Below, piece after piece: positions 30,611 to 41,700 of a DNA stretch of 64,000 nt (its first letter is position 1; each line of letters begins with the position of its first letter). The notes under the pieces were generated by a model. That model searched no databases and was not told the origin of the DNA. It saw nothing but the letters and a program-made list of their open reading frames with translations. The stretch is from positions 366 to 64,365 of the forward strand of contig DAOTTI010000022.1 in the NCBI GenBank assembly GCA_034437795.1, written 5' to 3'. The translations under genes were made by a program, and so were the position numbers. This DNA is from Chloroflexota bacterium (GTDB taxonomy: Bacteria > Chloroflexota > UBA11872 > UBA12225).

Positions 30611-31342
30611 GTGCACGGCATGATCCCGCTGAGCGATGAGAACCCGACCCGTAGCTTCCCCATCATCACCATCGCGCTGGTCGCGGCCAATATCCTGGTC
30701 TTCCTGTATGAGCTCTCCCTTGGGCCGCGCACGGACGCCTTCATCCGCGCCTGCGCCTTCATTCCGGCGGAGCTAGTTACAGGGCAGGATATCCCGCCCC
30801 CCGATTGCGTGCAGCCCCCTTACCTCACCATCCTGACGTCGATGTTCATGCACGGGGGCTTCCTCCATATCGCCAGCAACATGCTCTATCTCTGGATCTT
30901 CGGCAACAACGTCGAAGACAGCATGGGCGCCATCAAGTATCTGCTCTTCTACCTCTTCTCCGGAGTGGTCGCGGCCCTGACGCAGACCTTCGTCACCATC
31001 ACATTTACGCCGCAGACGGCCGACATCCCGAACCTCGGCGCCAGCGGCGCCGTGGCCGGCGTGCTGGGGGCCTACCTGGTCCTGTTCCCCGGCGCGCGGG
31101 TCAAGACGCTGGTGATGCTGGGCTTCTTCCTGACTATCAGCTACGTTCCGGCCATGGTCTTGCTAGGGCTGTGGTTCCTGCTCCAGCTCTTGCAGGGGGT
31201 TGGCTCCCTGGGCGCCGGCGAGGCCCAGGGCGGGATCGCCATCTGGGCCCATATCGGCGGGTTCGTGACGGGGCTGGTGCTGGCTAGGGTGCTCGCCCGC
31301 GCCCCTCGCGGCCGGCGGGCCATTCCGGCGTACCGGTTCTAG
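30611..31342 (+). CDS. Rhomboid-family intramembrane serine protease
   Basis: MFMHGGFLHIASNMLYLWIFG and GASGAVAGVLGAYL (catalytic Ser), later His in AHIGGF. Confidence 0.9.
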   Translation: MHGMIPLSDENPTRSFPIITIALVAANILVFLYELSLGPRTDAFIRACAFIPAELVTGQDIPPPDCVQPPYLTILTSMFMHGGFLHIASNMLYLWIFGNNVEDSMGAIKYLLFYLFSGVVAALTQTFVTITFTPQTADIPNLGASGAVAGVLGAYLVLFPGARVKTLVMLGFFLTISYVPAMVLLGLWFLLQLLQGVGSLGAGEAQGGIAIWAHIGGFVTGLVLARVLARAPRGRRAIPAYRF

Positions 31343-31360
31343 CGCGGTTTCTTCATGCCC

Positions 31361-31406
31361 GGCCATCCGTTCCGTCTCCCTTTGGGAGAGGGCCAGGGTG
31401 AGGGCT
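31361..31406 (-). repeat. REP-like hairpin repeat, family A (inverted)
   Basis: GGCCATCCGTTCCGTCTCCCTTTGGGAGAGGGCCAGGGTGAGGGCT in a 75-bp convergent gap. Confidence 0.8.
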
Positions 31407-31417
31407 CCGCTGGCGCG

Positions 31418-32560
31418 CTATCCCGGCTGAGCCCTACCGGGCGGGCTATCCGGCGGACTGTTACGCTCCTGCCACCGTTCGATGGCGAGCTGGATGAGCC
31501 GGTCGATGAGCCGGCTGTAGGGCAGTCCGGACGCCTCCCACAGCTTGGGGTACATGCTGATGGGCGTAAAGCCGGGGATGGTGTTGATCTCGTTGACGAG
31601 GATCTCGTCGCCGTTGCGGCGCAGGAAGAAGTCCACCCGCGCGAACCCGGCGCACTCCAGCGCCTGAAAAGTCTGGATCGCCAGCGTGCGGCAGCGTTCG
31701 GCGAGGTCGGGGGGGAGGGGCGCGGGGATAACTAGCTCTGACCTGCCGTCAATGTACTTGGCGCGATAGTCGTAGAACTCGTTGCAGGGGATGACCTCCC
31801 CCGGCACCGACGCCTCGGGATGGTGGTTGCCGAGCACCGCCACCTCGATCTCGCGCGCGTCGATGAACGCTTCTACCAGGATCTTCTCGTCATGCCGGAA
31901 GGCCTCCTCGATGGCGACGGGCAGCTCTTCGGGGCCGTGGGCCTTGGTCACGCCCACGCTGGAGCCGAGGTTGGCCGGCTTGACGAAACAGGGAAAGCCG
32001 TAGCGCGACGCCTGCCCGAGCACGGCGGCGCGATCTTCACGCCACTGCCAGCGCCGGAAGACCAGCCAGTCCGCCACGGGCAGCCCGTGGTAGCGCAGGA
32101 CCTCCTTCATCTTCGCCTTGTCCATCCCCAGCGCTGAGCCCAGCACGACGGCGCCGACGTAGGGCACGTTGGCGAGTTCCAGGAAGCCCTGCACGGTGCC
32201 GTCCTCGCCGTATGGCCCGTGCAGCACGGGAAAGACGACGTCCAGCGGCTCCTGGCTGATGCCACGCCCCGCCTCGACGGTCACCAGGGCGCGCGCCGCC
32301 GGATCGGCCACCAGCGCCATGGCGGTGGCAGGGTCGGGGCCATCGCGCTCCAGGAGCGCGGGCTGCGCGTGGCCGGCGAGCAGGGCCCTGGCCCGCGCCG
32401 GCGGGAGCCACCGCCCGGTCTTGGTGATGGCGATCGGCACCACCTCGTACCTGTCGCGGTCGATGGCGTTGAGGATGCCGGCGGCGCTCATCAGCGAGAC
32501 CTCGTGCTCGGCGCTTCGCCCGCCGAAGATGAGACCAACCCGCAACTTACGCTGTGTCAT
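31418..32560 (-). CDS. ddl: D-alanine--D-alanine ligase
   Basis: [61 protein letters not shown]. The 574-aa track ORF is this gene plus an off-frame read-through of rsgA. Confidence 0.9.
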   Translation of the reverse strand: MTQRKLRVGLIFGGRSAEHEVSLMSAAGILNAIDRDRYEVVPIAITKTGRWLPPARARALLAGHAQPALLERDGPDPATAMALVADPAARALVTVEAGRGISQEPLDVVFPVLHGPYGEDGTVQGFLELANVPYVGAVVLGSALGMDKAKMKEVLRYHGLPVADWLVFRRWQWREDRAAVLGQASRYGFPCFVKPANLGSSVGVTKAHGPEELPVAIEEAFRHDEKILVEAFIDAREIEVAVLGNHHPEASVPGEVIPCNEFYDYRAKYIDGRSELVIPAPLPPDLAERCRTLAIQTFQALECAGFARVDFFLRRNGDEILVNEINTIPGFTPISMYPKLWEASGLPYSRLIDRLIQLAIERWQERNSPPDSPPGRAQPG

Positions 32561-33656
32561 AGGCTCCGGCGCGTGCCGCCTCCTCGGTAAACATCTTGAC
32601 GTAACTGCGGTATCGCCGCGCGTCGATCGCTCCCCGTTCGACGGCCGCGCGGATGGCGCAGCCGATCTCATCGACGTGGGCGCAGTTGCCGAACCGGCAT
32701 GTACCCAGATACGGGCGAAACTCGGGAAAGTAGCGATCGAGGTCGTCGGGCGAGACCTCCCATAGCCCGAGCTGCCGTAACCCGGGGGTGTCGGCGACGA
32801 ACGTGCCTTCGCCGAAGGGAATAAGCTGCGCGTACCGCGTGGTGTGCACCCCCTTGCCGGTGGCGGCGCTGACCTCGCCCACGCGCAGCCCGAGCCCCGG
32901 CTGGAGCGCATTGAGCAGGGTGCTCTTGCCGACGCCCGACGGGCCGACGACGGCGCTGGTCTTGCCCTGGAGGACGGCCCTGAGCTGCTCCAGGCCCTGG
33001 CCGGTGACGGCGCTGGTGCGTAGGACGGCGTAGCCGGCGCGCTCGTAGACCTCCAGGTCGTGCGCGAACGCCTCGGAGATGCCCAGATCGCACTTGTTGA
33101 TACACAGGATGGCGGGCAGCTCCTCCGACTCGCAGGAGACAAGCAGCCGGTCGATGAGCCCGGGGATGGGGTCCGGGCTGGCGGCCGCGAAGACCAGCAC
33201 CACCTGATCCAGATTGGCCACGATGGTCTGGCCGATGGGGACGGTGCCGGAGGTGACCGCCTGGCGCGTCAGCTCGCGCTGGCGCGGCAGGACGTCCTCG
33301 ATCACGCCAGCGGGCACGGCGGTGCCGGACGTTGGCGTGAGCTGAAAGCGAACGCGATCGCCAGCGACGACGGGCTCCACCACGTTGAGCCGGCGGACCT
33401 CCTTGACGCGCCTGGGCAGGCTCTTGCTCTGCGTGAAGACGAGGCGCTTGCGCAATCGCTCCCGCAGCGTGCAGCGCACAAGCCGCGGGAGCTGGGGGTC
33501 ATCGGGCTGGACGTCGTAGATGCCGCTGATGGCGCGCAGCACAGTGCCGGTCGGGAGGGCGTCCTCCCGAGAGATGTGGCGTGACGCCGCGCGCTCCGGC
33601 GGATGCGCGCGTCCATCGCCGTGCGTCGGGTGCGCCTCCATGTCGTTAGCTGGCAT
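32547..33656 (-). CDS. rsgA: Ribosome small-subunit-dependent GTPase A
   Basis: [55 protein letters not shown] zinc motif. The 3' end overlaps the ddl start by 14 nt. Confidence 0.9.
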   Translation of the reverse strand: MPANDMEAHPTHGDGRAHPPERAASRHISREDALPTGTVLRAISGIYDVQPDDPQLPRLVRCTLRERLRKRLVFTQSKSLPRRVKEVRRLNVVEPVVAGDRVRFQLTPTSGTAVPAGVIEDVLPRQRELTRQAVTSGTVPIGQTIVANLDQVVLVFAAASPDPIPGLIDRLLVSCESEELPAILCINKCDLGISEAFAHDLEVYERAGYAVLRTSAVTGQGLEQLRAVLQGKTSAVVGPSGVGKSTLLNALQPGLGLRVGEVSAATGKGVHTTRYAQLIPFGEGTFVADTPGLRQLGLWEVSPDDLDRYFPEFRPYLGTCRFGNCAHVDEIGCAIRAAVERGAIDARRYRSYVKMFTEEAARAGAYDTA

Positions 33657-33901
33657 TGGCCAGTCTCTTGGCCGTTCGCATCGGCATGCTCATGGCACTC
33701 CTGGTGTCCCCTCGCGGTCATTGCTCGGCTGTGGACGCCGGTGGGCGACCCGCGCCTATGGCACGGTAGCACGTGCACGGGCCAGGCGGCACGGCCACCC
33801 GTCTGCGTCGCCGGCGGATCGTCGCCGGCGGGAGTGGTGGCCTGCGCCCATCACGTCTGAAGGTGCCGCTGCGTTGTCATCGAACGGACCAGCCTGGAGT
33901 G

Positions 33902-34915
33902 ATGGCCGGGGCTCCGGGCCGGTCACGATTGATCGATCGGCGAAGTATCGGTGATGTCACAGTGATCGCGGCCCCTTTTGACGCCGAACCGCAGGATACC
34001 GACCGCCCGGGCTGGCACGCGCTCCGCCAGCGGCTTTTCGGCGAACGCCGCCAGCGGCAGGCAGAAGACCGCCTCATCACTATCCTAACCGAGATCCACA
34101 CGCGATTGGCCGCCGCCACCGGTGGCCTGGTGCGGGGGAGCGGCTCAGCCGGCGCGCTCGCGCCGCGGCAGCGGGCGAAGGCGCTGTCTGCCCTGGTGGA
34201 AGGGGTGAACGCCCTGCTGCGCTGGCACCGCGACCAGCTCCTGGCGGCCAGGGCGACTGGCGAGTGGGACGGTGACCTGCCGTCGCCGGCGCGCGCCGCG
34301 CTGGCCCGCGCCCAGGAGGAGTGCCCCCTCTTCGAGGGGGCCCAGGCGTCGGACGAGGTCGAGTGCACCGACGTGGTGGAGAGCGTGGGCCAGCTTCGTG
34401 GGGCGGAGGGCGACCGCTACTTCAACCAGGCGCTCCAGGCGGTGACCGCCATGCTGGAGGTGGCCTACGCGCAGATGGCCGCGGATGCCCCTACCGCCCC
34501 CGCGGCCAGTACGCTGGAGAGTAGCTGGCAGGAGCTCCTGGCGGACGTAGCCGCGCTGGCGGTGCCGCTGGCGCCGGTGGCGGACGAGCGCGGGGCTGCC
34601 GGCCCCGTGCCGGTGGTGGCCGCTGAGTCGCTAGAAGAGCCGGGGCGCGGCGACGAGCAGGGCGCCGAGCCCAGCAGGGAGCGCAGCGAGCCCGGGGAAG
34701 AGCCGGGCGGGCTGGAGCAGAGGGCGCAGGAGGCGGCCCCAGAGTGGCCGGCCGCGCCGGTGGCTACGGCGCCGTGGATCGGACCGATCGAGCCCCTGCC
34801 GGCCGCAGGCGAGGCCGACAACGACGACGAAGTGCTGGCCCCGTCGGCGCTGCGGGCGGCGGTGGCCGGCAAGGAGCGGTTTACGCGCATTGAACTGGTC
34901 GAACTGGTGGCGTAA
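33902..34915 (+). CDS. Hypothetical acidic, Ala/Glu/Pro-rich protein, translationally adjacent to the chemosensory operon
   Basis: Good GC3 coding signal, no recognisable domain and no TM segment. The stop lies 5 nt before the first response-regulator gene. Start uncertain (ATG 33902 or GTG 33773). Confidence 0.5.
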   Translation: MAGAPGRSRLIDRRSIGDVTVIAAPFDAEPQDTDRPGWHALRQRLFGERRQRQAEDRLITILTEIHTRLAAATGGLVRGSGSAGALAPRQRAKALSALVEGVNALLRWHRDQLLAARATGEWDGDLPSPARAALARAQEECPLFEGAQASDEVECTDVVESVGQLRGAEGDRYFNQALQAVTAMLEVAYAQMAADAPTAPAASTLESSWQELLADVAALAVPLAPVADERGAAGPVPVVAAESLEEPGRGDEQGAEPSRERSEPGEEPGGLEQRAQEAAPEWPAAPVATAPWIGPIEPLPAAGEADNDDEVLAPSALRAAVAGKERFTRIELVELVA

Positions 34916-34920
34916 TAGCG

Positions 34921-35412
34921 ATGGCGATGATCTCTGATCTGTTGGCAGCACGGCAGGCACGGCGGGCGGCACTGGCGAGCCTGGGGGCATCAGGCGCAGG
35001 GCCGGATCCGATCAGACCGGCGCCGCCGCCGGAAGACGAGTCCTGGCCCCTGGTGCTGGTCGTCGACGATTCGCCCACCATTCGCAAGATCGTGGAGGTG
35101 ACGCTGCGTCGCGAGCGGATTCGGGTGCTGGGGGTTGGCGATGGCCTTTCGGCGCTGGCCGCGATCGCGGACCGGCGCCCCCATCTCATCCTGCTGGACA
35201 TCACCCTGCCGGGGATGGACGGCTACCAGATCTGCCAGGTCATCAAGCAACGGCCGGCGTCGAAGCACATCCCCGTGGTGATGCTCAGCGGCCGCGACGG
35301 CATCTTCGACAAGATCCGCGGCCGGCTGGTGGGGTCAACGCAGTACGTGACCAAGCCGTTCGACCCCGTGCAGCTCGTCAAGACCGTATCCAAGCACGTG
35401 TCCCAGCACTGA
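34921..35412 (+). CDS. CheY-like response regulator with a ~45-aa N-terminal extension (PilG/TaxP-position)
   Basis: LVLVVDDSPTIRKIV, LILLDITLPGMDGYQ, PVVMLSG, YVTKPF. Confidence 0.85.
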   Translation: MAMISDLLAARQARRAALASLGASGAGPDPIRPAPPPEDESWPLVLVVDDSPTIRKIVEVTLRRERIRVLGVGDGLSALAAIADRRPHLILLDITLPGMDGYQICQVIKQRPASKHIPVVMLSGRDGIFDKIRGRLVGSTQYVTKPFDPVQLVKTVSKHVSQH

Positions 35413-35460
35413 GACCCTGTGACCACTTAAGACCGCTGAGACTGAGTGGAGCATGTAACG

Positions 35461-35826
35461 ATGAGGCGCGCCCGAATCCTGGTTGTAGACGATAGCCCGA
35501 CGGACCTGACGCTGATCACGGCGCCCCTCCTGGCCCGCGGGTTCGAGGTCATCACGGCCCATGACGGCGAGGAGGCGCTGGCCAAGGCCATCAGCGAGCG
35601 TCCGGACGTCATCCTGCTGGACGTGGTGCTGCCCCGCCAGAACGGCTTTCAGGTCTGCCGCACGCTGAAGCGCTCCCCTGAGACGAGCCCGATTCCGGTG
35701 ATCCTGGTGACAGGCAAGAACCAGCCGTCGGACCGGTTCTGGGGGCTGCGCCAGGGCGCGGACGAGTACGTGACCAAGCCCTTCCAGCCGGAGACCCTGG
35801 TCTCTAGCATCCAGCGGTTCATCTAG
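35461..35826 (+). CDS. Single-domain CheY-like response regulator (PilH/TaxY-position)
   Basis: RILVVDDSPTDL, VILLDVVLPRQNGFQ, PVILVTGK, YVTKPF. I prefer ATG 35461 over the track start 35446. Confidence 0.9.
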   Translation: MRRARILVVDDSPTDLTLITAPLLARGFEVITAHDGEEALAKAISERPDVILLDVVLPRQNGFQVCRTLKRSPETSPIPVILVTGKNQPSDRFWGLRQGADEYVTKPFQPETLVSSIQRFI

Positions 35827-35886
35827 CCCGCCGCAGGCCCATGGCAGGAGGCCAGGCGGTCAGGACGAGGGAGGACGAGGCAGGCG

Positions 35887-36366
35887 GTGATAGCCGGGGA
35901 GCAAACGGCGGGCGCTGGCACGGGAGCTAGGGAGCTCGCCATCCTGTTCAGGCTGGGCCAGTACACGCTGGCGCTGCCGATGGCGGCGGTGCAGTCGGTG
36001 GAGCGCCCGGGACGCTTTACGCCGGTCCCCTTTGCCGCGCCGTGGCTGCGGGGCGTGACGGCGGTGCGGGGGGCCGTGGTGTCGGTGGTCGATCTCGGGC
36101 GCTTTGCCGGCGGCGAGCGGGCCGGTGACGTGCCGGGGGCGCGGCTACTGGTGACGCACGCCGCCGGCGTCACTGCGGGGCTGCTGGTGGATGGCGTGCA
36201 CCAGGTGGTGCCGATGCCGGACGCCCTGGCGCCCGTGCCGCTCCCGATCGGGCCGCTGGCCGGCTGGTGGCGGGGCGCGCTGCGGGCCGGTGGAGAGGTC
36301 GTGCCCGTGCTGGACGTGCAGCGATTGTTCGCCTCGCCCCAATTTCATGCCTACCAGGTGACCTGA
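35887..36366 (+). CDS. cheW: CheW-like coupling protein (PilI-position)
   Basis: LAILFRLGQYTLALPMAAVQSVE...VPFAAPWLRGVTAVRGAVVSVVDL...GLLVDGV...VPVLDVQRL matches the CheW domain pattern. Confidence 0.8.
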   Translation: MIAGEQTAGAGTGARELAILFRLGQYTLALPMAAVQSVERPGRFTPVPFAAPWLRGVTAVRGAVVSVVDLGRFAGGERAGDVPGARLLVTHAAGVTAGLLVDGVHQVVPMPDALAPVPLPIGPLAGWWRGALRAGGEVVPVLDVQRLFASPQFHAYQVT

Positions 36367-36391
36367 GCGAAAGAAAGTGGAGTAACAGACC

Positions 36392-38689
36392 ATGAACAAG
36401 GTGTTGCGGCTCGCCGGCCATGGCCTGGCGGGGGTACGGCAGGTGATCGACCTGCGCCGCGGCCAGCTGGCGCCGCGGCTGATCGTGCTCTCCCTGATTG
36501 CGGCGGTCATGCCGCTGGCTGCGGCTGTGCTGATCGGTGGTCAGGGCGCCACACGCGTGCTCCAGGAGCAGGCCGAGACGAACCTCCAGAGCTACGCGGC
36601 GTCCATCGCCGGGCAGCTGGAGGCGGCGCTGGCCGACCGGCTGAAGGACGCCAAGGTGCTCGCCGCCGACCCGGCGGTGGTGCGGTTCCTGACGACGCCG
36701 CCGGAGCAGCGCAACGATGCCCTGCGGGACGCGGCGCAGGCGTCGCTGCAGCGCTTCCTCGGCTCCGACCCGGCGTACACGATTGGCTTCCTTTTGTCGG
36801 ACAAAGGGATCGTGCAGCTGTCGACGGACCCGGCCCTCTTCAACCGGCCGGACCTCTCCTTCCGGGCCTACTTCAAAGAGGCGATGGCCGGGCGGCCGAA
36901 CGTGTCCGACGTCTCGCTGGGCGTGAATGTGCAAAGCAGCCCGGCGATGTTCTTCACCGCACCGGTGAAGGATGGGAACGGGACCATTGTGGGCACGGCG
37001 ACGCTGCGCATCAACGCCGAGGCCATCTGGGCGCTCCTGGACGGGGCCAAGCTGAGCCCGCGGTCCGTCGTCACCCTGGTGGACCAGGATGGGGTGGTGA
37101 TCGGGCCGGGCAAGCCCGAGCTGCTGTGGCACAGTCTCGGCCAGCTGTCGGCCGAGGCGCAAGATACCACCAAGGCGCGCTTCAACTTGGAAAAGGTCGA
37201 TTCGCTGGGCCTGGCCAGCGTCGATGCGGCGCTGAAGAAGGCCCAGGCGGGGCTGACGGCGGAGTCGCCGCAGGTCGCCGGCCACGTGCGGTTCCACTTT
37301 GGCAGGCCGGGACAGGCGGAGCCGATGGTGGGCGGGTACGCCTACCTGGCCAGCCGGCGCTGGGCCGTGCTGATCATGCAGCCGGAAGCGGAGTTCCTGA
37401 TGCCCGTGCAGCGCGCGGCCGCGGGCTCCCTGCCGGCAGTGGGCTTCGTCGGCTTGCTGGTCGTGGCCTGGGTGGCGGCGGCCGTGACCTACGCCATTCG
37501 CAAGCAGTTCCAGCACCCCATCAGGGAGATGCTCGCCGTCATGGACCTGGTGCGCGCCGGTGAGCTGGACGCCCGCGTCCCGCCCGGCGGCCAGGATGAG
37601 CTCGGCCGGCTGGGCGCCCGCCTGAACGAGATGCTGGACTCGCTTACCGAGCTGGTCCAGACCCGTGAGGAGCGGGACGCGTTGCAGGCGCGGATCCAGC
37701 AGCTGCTGGAGGAGGTGAGCACGGTGGCCGAAGGCGACCTGACCATCCAGGCCCAGGTCACCGCCGACATCACGGGGGCCCTGGCAGACGCCTTCAACTT
37801 CATGACCGAAGAGCTGCGCAAGATCGTGGCGAGCATCGACTCCACCACGGGGCAGGTGACGGACAATGCCGGCCAGGTCCTGGCGGCGTCGCAGGAGCTG
37901 GCCGCCAAGTCGCGGGCGCAGGCCGCGCGCATCAAGGAGGTCACCGCCGCCGTCGAGCAGATGGCGCGGGCCATCTCCGAGGTATCCGACAACGCGGCCC
38001 GTTCCGCCAGCGTGGCCAGCGCCGCGCTGGATACAGCCGGACGAGGCGGCCAGGCGGTGAGCCAGGTGGTGGAGGCGATGGCGCGCATCCGCGCCAACAC
38101 GCACGAGACGGCGCAGAAGATCAAGCGTCTGGGCGAGACCTCGCAGCGCGTGGGCGAGATCGTGCAGCTCATCGAGGATCTGGCCGACCAGACCAACCTG
38201 CTGGCGCTCAACGCGGCCATTCAGGCGGCCAGCGCGGGCGAGCACGGGCGCGGGTTCGCCGTCGTCGCCGACGAGGTGCGCCGGCTGGCCGAGCGCTCGG
38301 CCGAAGCGACCAAACAGATCGATAGCCTGATCCACGCCATCCAGACGGACACAGCGGCGGCCGTGGCCGCCATGGAGGAGAGCACGCAGCAGGTGGTCAC
38401 CGGCTCGCGCCTGGCGGACGAGGCCGGGCGGTCGCTGGAATCGATCCAGTCGGTGGTGGCGGACCTGGCGCGCCTGATCCACGCCATCTCCGAATCCGCC
38501 CAGCAGCACGCGCAGACGTCCACCCTGGTGGCCGCCTCCATGACGGAGGTCTCGTCGGTGACGATGCAGACGACCGAGGGGACGCAGCAGACGGCGGAGC
38601 GGGTCAGCTACCTGGCGCGACTGGCCGAGCAGCTGCGGGCGTCGGTCGCGGCGTTCAGGCTCCCCGGCTCGGCGTCGGCGGCGGCGTGA
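36392..38689 (+). CDS. Methyl-accepting chemotaxis protein with a large periplasmic Cache-like sensor and HAMP domain (PilJ/TaxD-position)
   Basis: TM1, then ~300-aa extracytoplasmic region, TM2, then HAMP ([13 protein letters not shown]). Signalling hairpin [38 protein letters not shown]. Confidence 0.9.
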   Translation: MNKVLRLAGHGLAGVRQVIDLRRGQLAPRLIVLSLIAAVMPLAAAVLIGGQGATRVLQEQAETNLQSYAASIAGQLEAALADRLKDAKVLAADPAVVRFLTTPPEQRNDALRDAAQASLQRFLGSDPAYTIGFLLSDKGIVQLSTDPALFNRPDLSFRAYFKEAMAGRPNVSDVSLGVNVQSSPAMFFTAPVKDGNGTIVGTATLRINAEAIWALLDGAKLSPRSVVTLVDQDGVVIGPGKPELLWHSLGQLSAEAQDTTKARFNLEKVDSLGLASVDAALKKAQAGLTAESPQVAGHVRFHFGRPGQAEPMVGGYAYLASRRWAVLIMQPEAEFLMPVQRAAAGSLPAVGFVGLLVVAWVAAAVTYAIRKQFQHPIREMLAVMDLVRAGELDARVPPGGQDELGRLGARLNEMLDSLTELVQTREERDALQARIQQLLEEVSTVAEGDLTIQAQVTADITGALADAFNFMTEELRKIVASIDSTTGQVTDNAGQVLAASQELAAKSRAQAARIKEVTAAVEQMARAISEVSDNAARSASVASAALDTAGRGGQAVSQVVEAMARIRANTHETAQKIKRLGETSQRVGEIVQLIEDLADQTNLLALNAAIQAASAGEHGRGFAVVADEVRRLAERSAEATKQIDSLIHAIQTDTAAAVAAMEESTQQVVTGSRLADEAGRSLESIQSVVADLARLIHAISESAQQHAQTSTLVAASMTEVSSVTMQTTEGTQQTAERVSYLARLAEQLRASVAAFRLPGSASAAA

Positions 38690-38700
38690 GGGAGGGTAGG

Positions 38701-38755
38701 GATCAGGTGGTGATCAAGTGGTGATCAGGTGGTGATCAGGTGGTGAGCGGGTAGA
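38701..38755. repeat. 11-bp tandem array GATCAGGTGGT x4 (+1 degenerate) between the MCP and CheA genes
   Basis: Copies at 38701-38711, 38712-38722 (one mismatch), 38723-38733 and 38734-38744, with a degenerate copy at 38745-38755. Each good copy carries GATC. Confidence 0.85.
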
Positions 38756-38774
38756 CGGCGTGTGAGGTGGACAG

Positions 38775-41700
38775 ATGGTAGCCGTGGATCTGCCTCCCGA
38801 GATTACGGCCAGCTTCGTCGCCGAAGCGCGTGGCTACCTGCCCGCCATCCTGGCAGGCCTGCAGGCAGTGGACGACGCCGAGCGGCTGGAGGAGGCCTAT
38901 CGCTTCGCCCATACGATCAAGAGCTCGGCGGCCATGATGGGGCACGTGGACCTCTCCCAGGTAGCCGAGCTGCTCGAGGGCGACCTGGAGGCGCTGCTGC
39001 TGGGCGAGGCGGCGACGGCGGGCCATCTGGCCCAGCTCACGCGCTCGGTGCAGCGCATCGGCCGCTTACTCGACGCGGTGGCGGGCGAGCCGGTGGACAT
39101 CGAGGCCGTAGTTGCCGAGGAGGTGGCCGACCGGACGGCGACCGGCGACGGCCTCACGGGTGCCGTGCCCGGGGACACCCCGACCGGCCCAGGAGCCGGC
39201 GGCATCCCCATCGGTGCGGTCGGCGACGGCGACGTACGGGCCGGGGCGGCTTCACCGGACGGTGTGGTGGAGCAGGGCCCGGCAGGGATCGCGGTCGCCG
39301 CGGAAGACGTGCCGGCCGGGGCGCTACAGGCCGCGGACGTGGCCGGCGGGCTGGCCGCGGACGGCGTCGCTAGGGAAGGCACGCGCCGCGAGGTCGAGCC
39401 TGCCTTGCCGGGGGAGCCTGCCGTGGAGCCGGCCGCCGAACAGGGACCCGAGCCGGAACTCGAAGAGGCGCCGGCCGCGTTCAACGGCGTGGCCGTTGCG
39501 CCGGAAGCGCTGTCCGGCCGGCTGGCCGGAGATGACGGAAGCGCGCAGCCTGCGCCGGCCGGCGTGAGCGCTGAAGTCGATAGCGAACCGGCAGTCGCGG
39601 AGCAAGCGCAACCGGCGGATGGCCGACTATCAGTGCTAACAGCCACGGAAGCGGTACTGGCGGTCGTCGGTGACGAGGGTGAGAGTGAGGATGGCTTGGT
39701 CGCCACCGGCAGGGAGGAAGCGGGCGCCACCGAGCCTCGACGGCCGCAAGCCGGCGCTGGCCCCGTCGCAGACACTAGGGATGGAGAAGCCCGACCCGGC
39801 GAGGCCGGCCCGGCGGGGAGGCCTGAGGCGGCCGCCCTGCTGGACGAGCTGGCGGAGACGGTCCTGGCGCTCGGCCGGGACCTGGAGGCGTCGAATGAGG
39901 CGGATCTGCAGGCGCACCGCGCGGCGATCGCCGCCTGGCTGGCCAGGTTCGACGGCGTCGCGGGACTGGGTGTCGCGGGCGCGCTGGAAGGAGATGGGCA
40001 GAGCAGCGCCGGACGCCAGCCGTCACGGCCCGATGGTGGAGCCGCCGTGACCAGGGAAGTCGCGCGAGAGGACGGCCAGGCGCCGGCGTCGGCGGGCGTT
40101 GTGGCCGGCGCTCTCGTGGACACCTCGCCCGCAAGGCGCGAGCCAGACGCTGTGGACCTCGACCCCGCGCCGGACAGCGAGGAGGCGCTCCGGCGGGCGA
40201 TCGAGGCGGAGCTGCGCTTCCAGATCGAGGAGGAGGTTCGCGCGCAGCTGAGCGCGGCCGGTGAGCGGGAAGAAGAGCCGGCGCTCAGCCGTGGGTTCGC
40301 CGCGCGCATTCGCTCCCTGGGGCCGGCTCATAGCGCACTGCCGGCGCCGGCGCCTGGCGCCCCCCCGCAGGCGGACGCCGGAGTCGCCGGCCTGGCGGTA
40401 GAGGTGGATCCGGAGACGCGCGAGGTCTTTGCCCTCGAGGCGGCCGAGCATCTCGAACGGATCGATGCGGACGTGGCCGGCCTGGCGAGCGAGCCCGGGA
40501 GCCCGGCGCGCCTGCGCTCCCTGAGGCGGTCCGTGCACACGCTGAAGGGCGCAGCGGCGATGATGGGCTTCGAACCGGTAGCGGCGCTGGCCCACTCGCT
40601 GGAGGACCGGCTGGATGTGGCCGCCAGCGGGGAGGCGGCCCTGTCGCCGGAGGCGTATGCCGAGGTGCTGCGCGATCTGGACCGGCTGGAGGAGATCATC
40701 AAGCGCTGCGTCTCCGGCGCGGCGGCGCCGGCGGAGACCAGCGCGCCGGCAGGCGAGGCTGGCCAGGATGGCGCAAGCGCCGCGGGCGTGGCTGATCGAG
40801 CGCCGGCCAGCGAGGACGGGCGGCACCTGCCGGCCGAGGCGCAGGCTGAAGGCGCGACGGGTCCGGTGGCTGCCGCCGGCGAGGCGAGGTCTCCAGATGC
40901 CGCTCCGGCCGGTCCGATCACCGTACCGGTGCGCCTGGAGCTGATGGACGAGTGGCTGCGCCTGGCCGGCGAGACCTCGGTCTCGGTCGCCGCCTGGCCG
41001 GCTCTCCTGGCGGCGGCCAGCGGCGCGGTCGTGGACCTGCGCAGCGCCGTGGCGCGAGTTCGCTCACTGACTGGGGCCATCGAATCGGCGCGGCGCGAGG
41101 TGGGCGTGCGGGGTCCTTCCAGCGGTCTTGCTGCCGGCTGGGCCGCGCGCGACCTCTCTGGCGCGCTGGCCGACGCCGCGGGGTTCGACCCGCTGGAGCT
41201 CGACCGGTACACGCCGGCCGACTACCTGCTGCACGAGCTGGCGGAGATCGCGGCGGAGGCGCTGACGGCGGAGCGTGAGCTGGAAGCGGTCCTGGAGAGC
41301 GCGGCCGACCTGGTGACGGTGCAGCGCCACCGCGCGGCGGAGATGCAGGAGCGGTTGCTGGCGGCGCGGCTCGTCCCTCTCTCCGAGCTGGACGGCAGGC
41401 TGCAACGGGCGGTGCGGGGCGTGGCGGTGCGCCGGCAGAAGGAAGTGCGCTTCAGCTTCGACGGCGGGGATGCGGTGGTCGACCGCGCCATGCTGGATCC
41501 CATTGCCGACGCCCTGCTGCACCTGGTCCGAAACGCCGCCGACCACGGGATCGAGGCGCCCGAGCAGAGGGAGCGGGCCGGCAAGCCGCGGGCGGGGCAG
41601 GTCTTCGTCGTGGCGCGCCGCGATCAGGGTGAGGTCCTGGTGGAGGTGAGCGACGACGGCGCGGGGCTGGATCCGGAGCGCATTGCGGCCGCGGCCCGCG

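Noticed and set aside
31418-33142. 574-aa ORF suggesting a large fusion protein.
   Set aside because: Only the C-terminal 380 aa (from [17 protein letters not shown] 32560) is D-Ala-D-Ala ligase. The N-terminal part is an off-frame read through rsgA, whose own frame gives perfect RsgA motifs.
36170-38509. 779-aa minus-strand ORF, and similar very long ORFs such as 4671..6023(-), 6314..7894(-), 26091..27329(-), 38897..40309(-), 52020..53567(+), 57183..58544(+), 60619..61629(-).
   Set aside because: Each lies antisense or off-frame to a gene with unmistakable family motifs (MCP, gpmI, enolase, ACAD, cheA, ugd, epimerase, dnaN). Their translations are Arg/Pro/Gly/Ala-rich with no motifs. These are the typical stop-poor shadow frames of high-GC DNA.
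38762-39373. 203-aa Arg/Gly-rich ORF overlapping the 5' end of cheA in another frame.
   Set aside because: The cheA frame gives a canonical Hpt domain from its first residues. The alternative frame is pure low-complexity RG-rich sequence.
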